Source: Phycisphaeraceae bacterium
GTDB taxonomy: Bacteria > Planctomycetota > Phycisphaerae > Phycisphaerales > Zrk34
Direction: 5' to 3'
Assembly: GCA_040905565.1 (NCBI GenBank)
Contig: JBBDRF010000012.1
Location: 64,001 to 128,000 of the forward strand
DNA: 64,000 nucleotides
The position numbers and the translations under genes were made by a program. Below are positions 10,901-19,977 of the stretch, one piece after another; position 1 is the first letter of the stretch, and the number at the start of each line of letters is the position of its first letter. The notes under the pieces are model-generated. The model was given only the letters and a program-made list of their open reading frames with translations, was not told the origin of the DNA and did not search any database.

Positions 10901-11496
10901 TCAACACGGCGACGCGCGAAACGCTTCTGGCCGCGTTGCCGGTGCCCTGGGATGACCACAGCCAGGCGGATCGTGAGCTCAGGGAGACGATTCGGCGCGA
11001 CATTGTCGATGCGATCCTGATGTACCGCGACCATCGTTCGGATGTGCCGACGGGGACGCTGGGCCGCCGACCGGACGATCCGGATTGGCGCCAGGATCCC
11101 GGCATTCGGCACATCGGCGAAATCTACGCCGCGACATGGCACCTGTTCACCGAGAACGCAGGAACGGGCGATACCTACGAGGTCGGCGGCGTCGAAGTGG
11201 ACCGACTGGCCAACCCCGGCATCGATCCGGCCGCGCATGAGCCTGACGAGGTAGAGGACGATCTGGAGGAGAAGACGCTGGTGTTGCGGATGCTCAGCCA
11301 GTTGCTGACGACGCGCAGCGACGTGTTCACCGCCCACATCCTGATCCGTGGCTATGCCTTCGACGATCGCAGCGAGCCGATCGTGGAGCGTCGCCTGCTT
11401 GGCGTGTTCGATCGTGGTCCTGTGCTTGAGAACGCGCTCGATCCGGATGCCCCTAGCGATACCACGCCGCGGCTGTTGGGCGTGTATCGCTACTGA
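7954..11496 (+). CDS. Very large PilX/GspK-like minor pilin (~1180 aa)
   Basis: RQRG|STILLVVAALVL lacking Glu5 (K-type); ININTATRETLLAAL HhH-like motif; TTRSDVFTAHI C-terminal motif; AAGGAG RBS. Confidence 0.78.
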   Translation: MLRAEKTQNRSMLMSGRARQRGSTILLVVAALVLSMLMGLAYMSAARQDRRSTRTMGLIKDVDQVEQSVLSKIQDVLREDLGHEKYEAGGETFYDFFVDRAADRGTFYRWDRPGIDYPGELQPGVGDAHSPWLASKAPLVFDPANRDTPQVAWPQITRLTGEYVDAEGWNEPYRQHFWDRTANAPVGSGGVEDLAPVDDPVYLTLETMADATGDGILDSRWERAPLFSLNGVDYFMAVRIVDNSAMANANTAFSQVGLDGQYEDANYEEGLRWAYPTELDLGSLAYRYGTLDSDDGASDYMAEMERLLDSRFVAAGPTSMPTSPEEGAEDYWQHYHGELRTADRPQLAIDSEFSLRHRGGLRNRQLESGIESVDDGLPLLLRNYAQVDYDDGTRLNERNYRDALDNIITDLGAVPPHATGDPLVDYFELNPRGQVTTVSGASQHLKWDLKTLLQKAARMSGGTNDTVEVPGLAAPVPAIDQLIQIIWDTYHNDDLATVVDAPAIPRSLREHASWAAHPADEDRLAAFAAQYAVNLVAFAQGGIDEYEDADPAPNGTYETTMPRYVRTVSDSTEVPHYGLIPLPYVAEAYTQQKYRAGTPGPAPDPTQEMVTWDAVGETGYVIEIRNPHNRPVRMDTVRVVVDGNDWGLLSEMTEATYLEAEQTVMLVRQGGEEWTGNARVVGQWPSEPDGAGPDTPTTPEDNVWELVEETELEDGTIWVLLHEDAYRWDLGDAPVSIELFCEVRDLQAPPATEGDETEAFDGGIWYRYQQVDNQLSYPLVREDLVYATGEVAEDDVRYHQHVLVGDGRGLNVMTIMPDAFEGDPTQYDNVDPANMGNPPHDATIAMLGYEDKTTLGPVGPLDWDPATEQIVFPKEPGVRNVGELALVTVLGPREGASAADWTIAGAWQSASATAFDQVAEFQLNMGDAWLDPALAGTQDVLELHPDSLVPYPMVLMDRFTAQRWTEETERPEFGRFVPGTININTATRETLLAALPVPWDDHSQADRELRETIRRDIVDAILMYRDHRSDVPTGTLGRRPDDPDWRQDPGIRHIGEIYAATWHLFTENAGTGDTYEVGGVEVDRLANPGIDPAAHEPDEVEDDLEEKTLVLRMLSQLLTTRSDVFTAHILIRGYAFDDRSEPIVERRLLGVFDRGPVLENALDPDAPSDTTPRLLGVYRY

Positions 11497-11524
11497 TTCT
11501 GGACGGCCTACGTAAACGCTTCGC

Positions 11525-11561
11525 AGGAGCCCACGCCCTCAGGACGTGGGCTCCTTGCTTT
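11525..11561 (+). terminator. Probable intrinsic terminator of the pilus operon
   Basis: AGGAGCCCACG-loop-CGTGGGCTCCT followed by TGCTTT, about 30 nt after the stop. Confidence 0.6.
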
Positions 11562-11606
11562 GGCGGATGAAACCCGGCCATCGTCCGACGCGTCGCGTTG
11601 TTGACA

Positions 11607-11775
11607 ACGAGCCGCGCACGTCAGTAAGCGGTTGTGCGTTCAGCGCTCGACGGATCGTGACGATGCGTCGCAGTTCGCGACGACTGCGGGAACACGCCAC
11701 TCACAACACGGGACTTCAATTCTCCTCACATCACAACGTTTCGGACACTACCGCTCCCTTACGGTCGCGGCTCGT
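11607..11775. repeat. Intergenic REP doublet (REPIN-like), same family as 6475-6615
   Basis: ACGAGCCGCGCACGTCAGTAAGCGG (11607-11631) and CCGCTCCCTTACGGTCGCGGCTCGT (11751-11775); shares the TTGTG and ATTC flanks with the first element. Confidence 0.8.
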
Positions 11776-11893
11776 ATTCCGGCGTCTGCCTACATATAGG
11801 CTGTCTCGCAGCGATCCACGACGCCGGGGCGACAGACCCAGTCGCCCGGTGATCGATGATGAACCTTTTTTTCGTGGGGCGAGGTGGGGGGGG

Positions 11894-12691
11894 TCAGTTC
11901 ATCACGGTGATGAGGACGTCGGTGCGGCCGAGCTTCTGGCGCATCCTGAGAGCGGACTCGAAGCTTGCGAAGCTGCCCACCTGGACGAGGTAGAGCCGTG
12001 AGCCGTCGGCGGCGGTGGAGGGGATCACGCGGGGCGACCCGGCGCCGGCACGGGACGCAGCCGTGCGCATCTGCCGTGCGAGTGTGTCGGCATTGGATCG
12101 GCTGGAGAAAGCGCCCAGTTGCAGCGTAAAGCCCGTGTTGGCGATGCGGTTCTGCACTTCGCGGCGGAAGGCTGAGTCGCGCGAGTTGTTCATCGCTTGC
12201 GAGAGGCTAGTGCGGGCCTGGGTCCAGCGTCCGAGCCGCTGTTCCGCCAGGGCGAGGTGATAATAGGCGTGGGCGCGGTCTTCGCCCTGAAGTTGACTGA
12301 CCGATCGCTTAAAGTACGCGACGGCTTGGTCGTACTGTTGGCGGTGAACGTGGACGAGACCGAGGGTGGCGTTGGCGCGGCCGGCGAGGCTGCGGTCGCG
12401 GTTGCTCGAGAGGGGCTTAAGATAGCGAACGGCCTCGGCCTGGCGACCGAGCTGAAATGCGCTGACGCCGGCGACGTAGCGGGCGCGGTCGCGGTCGGCT
12501 CGATTGCCCCGGGAAAGGTTCGGGCGAGCAGCATCATGTGCCTGCTGATAACGCCCCGATTCGTAGTGGTTGAGCATCGTGCTGCGGGCGGTGTTCTGGG
12601 TGGTGGCGGGGTCGCAGCCGGTGCTGAAAGCGAAGCACATCAGCAGTGAAAATGCGAGGCAGCAACGTGTGATCGATAAGGCGGTGAACAT
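11894..12691 (-). CDS. TPR + SPOR domain lipoprotein
   Basis: Signal with STG|C lipobox, TPR-like helices, FTLQLGAFSS...YLVQVGSF SPOR motif. Confidence 0.8.
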   Translation of the reverse strand: MFTALSITRCCLAFSLLMCFAFSTGCDPATTQNTARSTMLNHYESGRYQQAHDAARPNLSRGNRADRDRARYVAGVSAFQLGRQAEAVRYLKPLSSNRDRSLAGRANATLGLVHVHRQQYDQAVAYFKRSVSQLQGEDRAHAYYHLALAEQRLGRWTQARTSLSQAMNNSRDSAFRREVQNRIANTGFTLQLGAFSSRSNADTLARQMRTAASRAGAGSPRVIPSTAADGSRLYLVQVGSFASFESALRMRQKLGRTDVLITVMN

Positions 12692-12791
12692 GGAGCCTCT
12701 CCGTATGGCTTGAGTCGTCAGCCGTGACGCGTGTATTGTACCGGATCGACGGCGGCGTCTACGGCGACGCAAACTTTCAGGAAGGGCAGCT

Positions 12792-14249
12792 GTGGCGAAT
12801 GTACTTTGGCCGATTCTCAGGCGTGCAATCACGCATCCCAAGCACGTGGCGATCGTCGACGATCAGCGCGAATGGCGCTACATCGATCTGGTGGTGGGGG
12901 CGTTGCACCTGGCGAAGCACATCAAGAAGATGAGTGATCGCCCGCACGTGGGGATCCTGCTGCCGACCAGCGGGGCGTTCGCGATGGCGCTGCTGGCGAC
13001 GTGGATGCTGCGGCGGACGGCGGTGCCGATCAACTATCTGCTCGGCCCCAAGGAACGGCAGTACATCATCGACGATTCGGAAGTGGATGTGGTGATCAGC
13101 GTCGGGCCGCTGCTGAACTTTCTGGGCGGGAAGCCGGAGAACGTGGAGCTGATTGAGCTTGAGAAGATGAACTTCAAGGGCATGCCGCCGCTGCGGTGGC
13201 CGGCGCGGGCGGGGTCGGATGAGAACGCGGTAATCCTGTATACGTCCGGCACGAGCGGCAAGCCGAAGGGCGTGATGCTGACGCACGGGAACCTTCGCTT
13301 TGATGTTGAGGCGGCGGTGAAACATGCGGAGCTTAAGAGCGCGGATTGTTTTATGGGCGTGCTGCCGCAGTTTCATTCGTTCGGGCTGACGGGGCTGACG
13401 ATCCTGCCGCTGATGATTGGGGCGAAGGTTGTTTACAGCGCGCGGTTCACGCCGAAGAAACTCGTCGGACTCTTCCGCAAGCACAAGCCGGACATGTTCC
13501 TGGCGATTCCTTCGATGTACAACGCGTTGATGACGGTGAAGAGTGCCGAGCCCGCGGATTTTGCGTGCCTGCGATTGGCGGTAAGTGGCGGCGAGCCGCT
13601 GCCGCATGACGTGCATGATCGGTTCAGGGAACGCTTTGGTGTGAACATCATCGAAGGGTACGGGCTGACGGAGACGTCGCCGATCGCGGCGATTAATACG
13701 CCGACGCAGCAGCGCGAGCAATCGGTAGGGCGGCTGCTGCCGGGGACGCGGGGGCGCGTCGTTGACGATGAGGGCAAGATGCTTGGGCCCGGCGAGGAGG
13801 GCGAGATTCAGCTGGCGGGGCCTCACATCATGGCGGGTTACTTCAAGATGCGCGAGCTGACGGAGCAGGTGATCGACCGTGAGGGCTTCTTCACGACGGG
13901 CGACTGGGGGAAGATCGATGAAGACGGGTACGTATTCATCACCGGCCGAAAGAAGGAAATGCTGATCGTGTCGGGTGAGAATCTGTTCCCGCGCGAGATT
14001 GAAGAGGTGCTCAATGCGCACGAATCGGTGCACGAGTCGGCGGTGATCGGGCAGAGCGATCCGATGCGGGGCGAAGTGCCGATCGCCTTCATTGAATTGG
14101 CCGAGGGGGCGGAGCTTGATGAGAAGGCGCTGCGGGAACATTGCCGGGAGTACCTGGCGCAGTGGAAGGTGCCGCGGGAGTTTCGGGTGGTCGATAAGCT
14201 GCCGCGTGGAGCGACGGGGAAGGTGCTGCGGCGGGAGTTGTCGGCTTAA
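12792..14249 (+). CDS. AMP-dependent acyl-CoA / acyl-ACP synthetase
   Basis: YTSGTSGKPKG, EGYGLTE, TGDWG, GRKKEM, terminal GKV. Confidence 0.9.
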   Translation: MANVLWPILRRAITHPKHVAIVDDQREWRYIDLVVGALHLAKHIKKMSDRPHVGILLPTSGAFAMALLATWMLRRTAVPINYLLGPKERQYIIDDSEVDVVISVGPLLNFLGGKPENVELIELEKMNFKGMPPLRWPARAGSDENAVILYTSGTSGKPKGVMLTHGNLRFDVEAAVKHAELKSADCFMGVLPQFHSFGLTGLTILPLMIGAKVVYSARFTPKKLVGLFRKHKPDMFLAIPSMYNALMTVKSAEPADFACLRLAVSGGEPLPHDVHDRFRERFGVNIIEGYGLTETSPIAAINTPTQQREQSVGRLLPGTRGRVVDDEGKMLGPGEEGEIQLAGPHIMAGYFKMRELTEQVIDREGFFTTGDWGKIDEDGYVFITGRKKEMLIVSGENLFPREIEEVLNAHESVHESAVIGQSDPMRGEVPIAFIELAEGAELDEKALREHCREYLAQWKVPREFRVVDKLPRGATGKVLRRELSA

Positions 14250-14380
14250 ATTCCGGCGTTCGGCGGCGCATTCGCCACTGATTACGCGGACGCAGATCAA
14301 CCTGCCTCACGTTTGACCCGATCGTTCTGTCAGCAGACCATGAGGATGCTTCGTTACCTGCTGTCGAAAGGAATCGCGCG

Positions 14381-15661
14381 ATGAATCAGTCCCAGACCAC
14401 CACGCACCCCGGCCATCTTTCCCCGTTGCTTAAGCAAGCCAGTGACGTGGTCGCTGAGCGAGGCGAGGGGGCGTACATCTTTGACGCAGAAGGGCAGCGG
14501 TATCTGGATTTCACGTCGGGCATCGGCGTGACAGGGACGGGTCATTGCCATCCGAAGGTCGTCGCAGCGGCACAGGAGCAGGCGGGAAAGCTGATTCACG
14601 GTCAGTACACGACGGTGATGCATCGGCCGTTGATGGAACTGACCGAACGCCTGGGCCAGCGGATGCCGGGCGACATCGACACGTTCTTCTTCGCCAGTGC
14701 CGGGACCGAAGCGGTCGAGGCGACGCTGCGGCTGGCGCGCCACGCGACGGGCCGACCGAACATGATGGTCTTCCACGGCGGCTTCCACGGGCGCACAATG
14801 GGCGCACTTTCGATGACGACGTCGAGCGTCGACCTCCGCTCCGGGCTGCAGCCGATGATGGGCGGCGTGGCCGTCGCGCCATTCCCCCACACCTTCCGCT
14901 ACGGCTGGGATGAGCAGACGGCGACGGATTTCTGCCTGCGTGAACTCGATCACATCTTCGTCACGCATAGTGCGGCGAAGGAGACCGCCGCGATGCTTGT
15001 CGAGCCGGTCCAGGGCGAAGGCGGCTACGTTCCCGCGAACACCCGTTTCATGCAGGGCCTCCGCGAACGCTGCGACAAGCACGGGATGCTGTTGATCGTC
15101 GACGAAGTGCAGGCGGGCTACGGCCGTACGGGCAGGTTCTGGTCGCATGAGCATTTTGATGTGCAGCCGGACGTGGTGATCACCGCGAAGGGCCTGGCCA
15201 GTGGGTTCCCGCTCTCGGGCTTTGCGACGACGCCGGAGATCATGAAGAAGGGTTGGCCGGGCTCGCAGGGCGGCACGTACGGTGGCAACGCGGTGGCCTG
15301 TGCGGCGGCCGTGGCGACGCTCGATGTGATCGAAGAAGAGGGGCTGGTCGAGAATGCTGCGACGATGGGCGCACGCCTGCGGGAGCAGCTTGAAGCGATC
15401 CGTGGGAGGTATCCCGCCATTGCGGACATCCGAGGGATGGGCCTGATGCTTGGTGCGGAGATCCACGATGCCGACGGCAAGCCTGACGGCGACCGGGCTG
15501 GGCGGATCGCCAAGGAAGCCGAGAAGCGAGGCCTGCTGCTGCTGCGTTGCGGGCCTTACGGCAAGGAGATCGTCCGTTGGCTGCCGCCGTTGATCGTGAA
15601 CGCCGAGCAGATTGATCAGGCGACGAGCATCTTTGAGCAGGCGCTTGAGGCGACCGCTTGA
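14381..15661 (+). CDS. Class III PLP aminotransferase (GabT-like)
   Basis: YLDFTSGIGV, FHGRT, EPVQGEGGY, DEVQAGYGRTG, TAKG, GGTYGGN. Confidence 0.9.
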   Translation: MNQSQTTTHPGHLSPLLKQASDVVAERGEGAYIFDAEGQRYLDFTSGIGVTGTGHCHPKVVAAAQEQAGKLIHGQYTTVMHRPLMELTERLGQRMPGDIDTFFFASAGTEAVEATLRLARHATGRPNMMVFHGGFHGRTMGALSMTTSSVDLRSGLQPMMGGVAVAPFPHTFRYGWDEQTATDFCLRELDHIFVTHSAAKETAAMLVEPVQGEGGYVPANTRFMQGLRERCDKHGMLLIVDEVQAGYGRTGRFWSHEHFDVQPDVVITAKGLASGFPLSGFATTPEIMKKGWPGSQGGTYGGNAVACAAAVATLDVIEEEGLVENAATMGARLREQLEAIRGRYPAIADIRGMGLMLGAEIHDADGKPDGDRAGRIAKEAEKRGLLLLRCGPYGKEIVRWLPPLIVNAEQIDQATSIFEQALEATA

Positions 15662-15701
15662 AAACGTGACGACGCTAAGCCGCAGGAAAGGAATCGGTGC
15701 A

Positions 15702-16862
15702 ATGGTTAACTATCGCCTGTTGTTGTGTGCGATGCTTGTAGTGATGGTGGCGAAAGTTGATGCCGAGCCGCTGACCGCGGCCGACCTGCCGGTGGAAGGC
15801 AGCGTCGATGCGTTCATGGGTGTCCCTGAACTGGACACGCAGCAGGTGTTCACCGGGGAGCGGTTTCCGAACATCGTTGTCGCGCTGGACGGCACTGTTC
15901 TGGCGACCTGGGGCAATCAGAGTTTCCGCGTGCGCCGGAGCGAGGACGGCGGCGAGACGTGGGGGCCGGAGATTACCGTCGCGGATCCAGGCTTCCACGG
16001 CGGCGGGACGATCGTCGACGAGAACACCGGCGATACGCTGGTTTTCGTTGAAGAGGGGCATCCGATCGCACCGCTGAGCGTCTATCGCAGCGCCGACCAC
16101 GGCAAGACCTGGCGGGCGGAAGACGTGGTCATTCACGGCAACAGCGAAGGCCACGTTCCGTCGATGCACATGAACGAAAGCGGGATCACGCTCCGGCACG
16201 GTCCGCACGCGGGCCGACTGATTCGCCCCACGCGGTGGTACGCCGGCAGCAACGATCGGCCGCACTGGCCGGACCATTACACCAACGCGATGTACAGCGA
16301 CGACGGCGGTAAAACCTGGTACGCCAGTGAGCCGTTCCCCGCGCGCGGCACCGGTGAAGCGACGCTGGCGGAACTCTCCGACGGCCGCATCTATTACAAC
16401 GCGCGCCGACACCTCTCGACGGACGGGCTTGATCCGCTTCGTCGACACATCGCGTGGAGCGACGATGGCGGCGAGACGTGGGGCGACCTGTCCGTGAGCG
16501 ACGTGCTGCCCGATGGCGATCAGAACCGCGAGTACGGTCTCATGGCCGGGCTGGTGCGGCTGCCTGTCGCCGACCACGACATCCTCATCTTCAGCAATAT
16601 CGATTCGGAGGCTGGGCGACGGCGCGGCACCGTCTGGGCCAGCTTCGACGGCGGCAAAACATGGCCCGTGCAACGGCTTGTCGAGGAGGGTAGCTTCGCC
16701 TATTCCTCGCTGGCCGCCGGCCGGCCTAGCACGCCCAGCGAAGGCTACATCTACCTGATGTACGAATCAGGTGGCCATCCCAATTCCGCAGCCCACGTGG
16801 CACGCTTCAACCTGAGTTGGCTCACTGAAGGGCGAAGCTTGAGCGAAATTGTCGGTGAATAA
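15702..16862 (+). CDS. Secreted sialidase-family (BNR/Asp-box) beta-propeller
   Basis: Signal peptide, RFPNIV (FRIP-like), five SxDxGxTW Asp boxes, FAYSSL. Confidence 0.85.
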   Translation: MVNYRLLLCAMLVVMVAKVDAEPLTAADLPVEGSVDAFMGVPELDTQQVFTGERFPNIVVALDGTVLATWGNQSFRVRRSEDGGETWGPEITVADPGFHGGGTIVDENTGDTLVFVEEGHPIAPLSVYRSADHGKTWRAEDVVIHGNSEGHVPSMHMNESGITLRHGPHAGRLIRPTRWYAGSNDRPHWPDHYTNAMYSDDGGKTWYASEPFPARGTGEATLAELSDGRIYYNARRHLSTDGLDPLRRHIAWSDDGGETWGDLSVSDVLPDGDQNREYGLMAGLVRLPVADHDILIFSNIDSEAGRRRGTVWASFDGGKTWPVQRLVEEGSFAYSSLAAGRPSTPSEGYIYLMYESGGHPNSAAHVARFNLSWLTEGRSLSEIVGE

Positions 16863-16865
16863 GCG

Positions 16866-17522
16866 TTAAGGCCCCAAGCGTTCGCGTCGCCAGTTTTCGC
16901 CTTGGCGTTGGAAGACGATGCGGTCGTGCAGGCGGCTGGGGCGGCCTTGCCAGAATTCGATGATCTCCGGCTTCACGCGGTAGCCGCCCCAGTGGGGGGG
17001 GCAATCGACGGGGCCGTCGCCGTAGTGCGCTTCAAGTTCCGCCAGCCGTGCCTGCATCTGTTGGCGGTCGATCTGCTCGCTTTGATTGGAGACCCAGGCG
17101 CCGAGTTGGCTGCCACGCGGTCGACTGGCGAAGTAAGCTTCCGACTCCGCCCGACTGGTCTTCTCGACGGGCCCCTGGATGCGCACCTGCCGTTCGAGAT
17201 GGATCCAGTGAAAGACCAAGGCTGCGTAGGGGTTCGCGGCAAGGTCCCGGCCTTTGTGGCTGTCATAGTTGGTGAAAAAGACGAACCCGGCGGGATCGTA
17301 GCCCTTGAGCAGCACGATCCGGGCGGCGGGTCGGCCCTGCGGCGTGACCGTCGCCAGTGTCATCACGTTGGCCTCATACTCGGGGCCGGTGGTGGTTTCG
17401 TGGGCGGCGTCGAACCACTGTTCGAAGAGCGCGATGGGGTCGTTGCCGGCCTCGGCTTCGGTGAGCCCGCCTCGGATGTAGTCGACACGTCGGTCCGCGA
17501 GAGATGGTTTGCGATCACTCAT
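16866..17522 (-). CDS. pdxH: Pyridoxamine 5'-phosphate oxidase
   Basis: ARIVLLKG, FFTNY, RQVRI, SRPRGSQLGAW, EFWQGRPSRLHDR. Confidence 0.95.
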   Translation of the reverse strand: MSDRKPSLADRRVDYIRGGLTEAEAGNDPIALFEQWFDAAHETTTGPEYEANVMTLATVTPQGRPAARIVLLKGYDPAGFVFFTNYDSHKGRDLAANPYAALVFHWIHLERQVRIQGPVEKTSRAESEAYFASRPRGSQLGAWVSNQSEQIDRQQMQARLAELEAHYGDGPVDCPPHWGGYRVKPEIIEFWQGRPSRLHDRIVFQRQGENWRRERLGP

Positions 17523-17564
17523 ACCGCTAAGGATACCGCAGAATCGGCAGAGCGTCTCGCAGGT

Positions 17565-18335
17565 TCAACGGGCGGTGTAACCGCCGTCGATGACCAGTTC
17601 ACTGCCGGTGACGAACCGCGATTCGTCAGAGGCCAGGTACGCGATGCCGTAGGCGATGTCGTCGGGTTCGCCCACGTGGCCGATTGGGTGAAGCTGATCC
17701 AGGTCCTTCCGGTATGCGTCCACGCCCTGCTCGCTTTGCTCGGCGAGCTTCGCCACCAACGGCGTCCAGATGAAGCCCGGATGGACGGAGTTGACGCGGA
17801 TTTTGTCCGGGGCGTAGAGCAGTGCATCGGTTTTGCTCATGCTGCGCACCGCGCCTTTTGAAGCGTGATAGGGAGGCAGGTCGGGCGCGCTGATGATGCC
17901 GTAGATGGACGACAGGTTGATGATGCTGCCGCCGCCCGCCTCACGCATGTAAGAGATCACGTGCTTGGTGCAGAGGAAGACCCCGGTGACGTTAATCCGG
18001 AAGAGTTCCTGCCATTGCTCAAGCGTGACCTCGTCGGTGGGGCGATTCACCCCGGCGATGCCCGCGTTATTCACCAGGACATCGACGGCACCGAACTGTT
18101 CACGGACGGCTTGGAAGACGCTTTGGACTTCATCCTCATCGCCGACATCGAGGTGGTAGAAAGCCGCCTTTCCGCCTGCGTTTGCGATCCTTTTGACGAC
18201 CGCTTGTCCCTCATCATCATTGATGTCGGTCACGGCGACGCTCGCCCCCTCACGGGCGAGCAGTTCGCAGGTCGCACGGCCGATGCCGAGCGATCCTCCG
18301 GTGACGATGGCGACTTTGCCTTCAAGACGGGCCAT
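17565..18335 (-). CDS. Short-chain dehydrogenase/reductase
   Basis: TGGSLGIG, NNAG, YHASK, RVNSVHPG. Confidence 0.92.
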   Translation of the reverse strand: MARLEGKVAIVTGGSLGIGRATCELLAREGASVAVTDINDDEGQAVVKRIANAGGKAAFYHLDVGDEDEVQSVFQAVREQFGAVDVLVNNAGIAGVNRPTDEVTLEQWQELFRINVTGVFLCTKHVISYMREAGGGSIINLSSIYGIISAPDLPPYHASKGAVRSMSKTDALLYAPDKIRVNSVHPGFIWTPLVAKLAEQSEQGVDAYRKDLDQLHPIGHVGEPDDIAYGIAYLASDESRFVTGSELVIDGGYTAR

Positions 18336-18410
18336 GGCTTTCCTTTCACTTATGCCGTCGTTAACTCCGGCCCCTGCCGATCAGATTCGGCAACAGGCTT
18401 GAAGTCGAGG

Positions 18411-18427
18411 AGCAAGCGATATGCCGG
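18411..18427 (-). promoter_or_regulatory. Candidate sigma-54 -24/-12 promoter for the SDR gene
   Basis: Minus strand CCGGCATATCGCTTGCT = GG-N10-GC with TTGC, intergenic, about 75 nt upstream of the SDR start. Confidence 0.35.
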
Positions 18428-18450
18428 TGCCGGCAAGATGCCTAACTCGC

Positions 18451-19923
18451 TCAGCCATGGGGGATGGTCTGCGCTTCGGTGAACTCGAAGAGTCCTTCGA
18501 TGCCGCCTTCACGGCCGTAGCCGGACTGCTTCATGCCGCCGAAGGGAGCCTCGGGTGTGGGGCCTTGCCCGGTGTTGTGGCCGACGTGGCCGAAGCGGAG
18601 TTGGGCGGCGACGCGGGCGGCCCGGTCATCGTCGGCGGTGAAGACGTAGGAGGCGAGGCCGTACTCCGTGCGGTTGCCGAAGGCGACGGCCTCGGCTTCG
18701 TTGTCGAACTTGAGAATCGGCACGAGCGGCCCGAAGGTTTCCTCGCGGCAGCAGACCATCTCGTGCGTGACGTTGCGGAGGACGGTGGGGGGGTGGAAGC
18801 AGCCCCAGTCGTCACCGAGCGGCTCGGGCACGTCGCTGCCTGTCACGATCTCCGCACCCTTGGCCAGGGCGTCTTCGACATGCCGACGCACTTTGTCGTA
18901 ACCGGCACGATCGATCAACGGCCCCAGGTCGGTATCGTCCGCCATGCCGTCGCCGACTTTGAGTTTGCTCGCCCGCTCGGCAACCTTCTCAGCGAAGGCG
19001 TCGGCGATCGATTCATGCGCGTAAACGCGGTTGGCGCAAACGCAGGTCTGACCATTTGCACGGAACTTGTTCGCCACCAGCTGGTCGGCGGCGTGGTCGA
19101 GATCGGCGTCTTCGAAGACGATGAACGGCGCGTTGCCGCCGAGCTCGAGGCAAAGGCGTTTGAGATCGTGGGCGGTTTTCTGCACGAGCAGTTTGCCGAC
19201 TTCGGTGGAGCCGGTGAGGCTGATCACGCGGACGCGTTCATCTTCGCAGAGCACGTCGGCGATGGTCTTCGGATGCCCCAGCAGGAGGTTCGCTTTGCCC
19301 GGCGGCAGCTTCGCTTCCTGCTCGAGAATGTGGAACAGCACGATCATGCTCAATGGGGTTTTGGACGACGGCTTGATGATGCTCGGGCTATCGGCCGCGA
19401 GGGCCGCGGAAAGCTTCTTGGCGATCATGGCCATCGGGAAGTTCCAGGGCGTGAGCAGGGCGACCACGCCGGCGGGGCGATGGTGCACTGTCCAGTCCAT
19501 GCCCTTGGGCCGCTCGGTCACGGGCCGCGGTTTGAGCAGGTCGATGTTGTCCGCACAGTAGCGGTAGAAGCCGGCTGCATATTCGGCCTCGCCGCGGGCC
19601 TCCTTCAACGGCTTGCCCATCTCCATCGTCAGGATGCGGGCGATTTCGTCCTTGTGCTTGCGGAGGGCGGCGTCGATGCGGAGCAACCATTCGCGGCGTT
19701 CGTCGATGCTGGCCGGCTGATCGAGCGCGGCGTGAGCGGCATCAATCGCTCGCCGAGTCTCCGCTTCGCCCATTGAGGGGACAGCGGCGAGGCGATCGCC
19801 GGTGGCGGGGTTCACGACATCGGTCGTCTCGCCCGAATCAGCGCCGACCCATTGCCCACCGATGTAGCCGCTGAGGTGCTTGAGAAGCGGGGATTCGATG
19901 CCGGTGACTGCTTGCGGAGCCAT
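18451..19923 (-). CDS. gabD: NAD(P)-dependent succinate-semialdehyde dehydrogenase-like ALDH
   Basis: TPWNFP, TGSTEVG, LELGGNAP, GQTCVC, EETFGP, PFGGMKQSGYGREG. Confidence 0.8.
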   Translation of the reverse strand: MAPQAVTGIESPLLKHLSGYIGGQWVGADSGETTDVVNPATGDRLAAVPSMGEAETRRAIDAAHAALDQPASIDERREWLLRIDAALRKHKDEIARILTMEMGKPLKEARGEAEYAAGFYRYCADNIDLLKPRPVTERPKGMDWTVHHRPAGVVALLTPWNFPMAMIAKKLSAALAADSPSIIKPSSKTPLSMIVLFHILEQEAKLPPGKANLLLGHPKTIADVLCEDERVRVISLTGSTEVGKLLVQKTAHDLKRLCLELGGNAPFIVFEDADLDHAADQLVANKFRANGQTCVCANRVYAHESIADAFAEKVAERASKLKVGDGMADDTDLGPLIDRAGYDKVRRHVEDALAKGAEIVTGSDVPEPLGDDWGCFHPPTVLRNVTHEMVCCREETFGPLVPILKFDNEAEAVAFGNRTEYGLASYVFTADDDRAARVAAQLRFGHVGHNTGQGPTPEAPFGGMKQSGYGREGGIEGLFEFTEAQTIPHG

Positions 19924-19977
19924 GAGAACTCTCCATGAATGACATTGCTTTGGGCATCATAGCCAAGCGGGGAACGG

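Noticed and set aside
11546..12001. 151-aa plus-strand ORF
   Set aside because: It runs through a terminator and the REP doublet and overlaps the SPOR gene antisense; no protein-like features.
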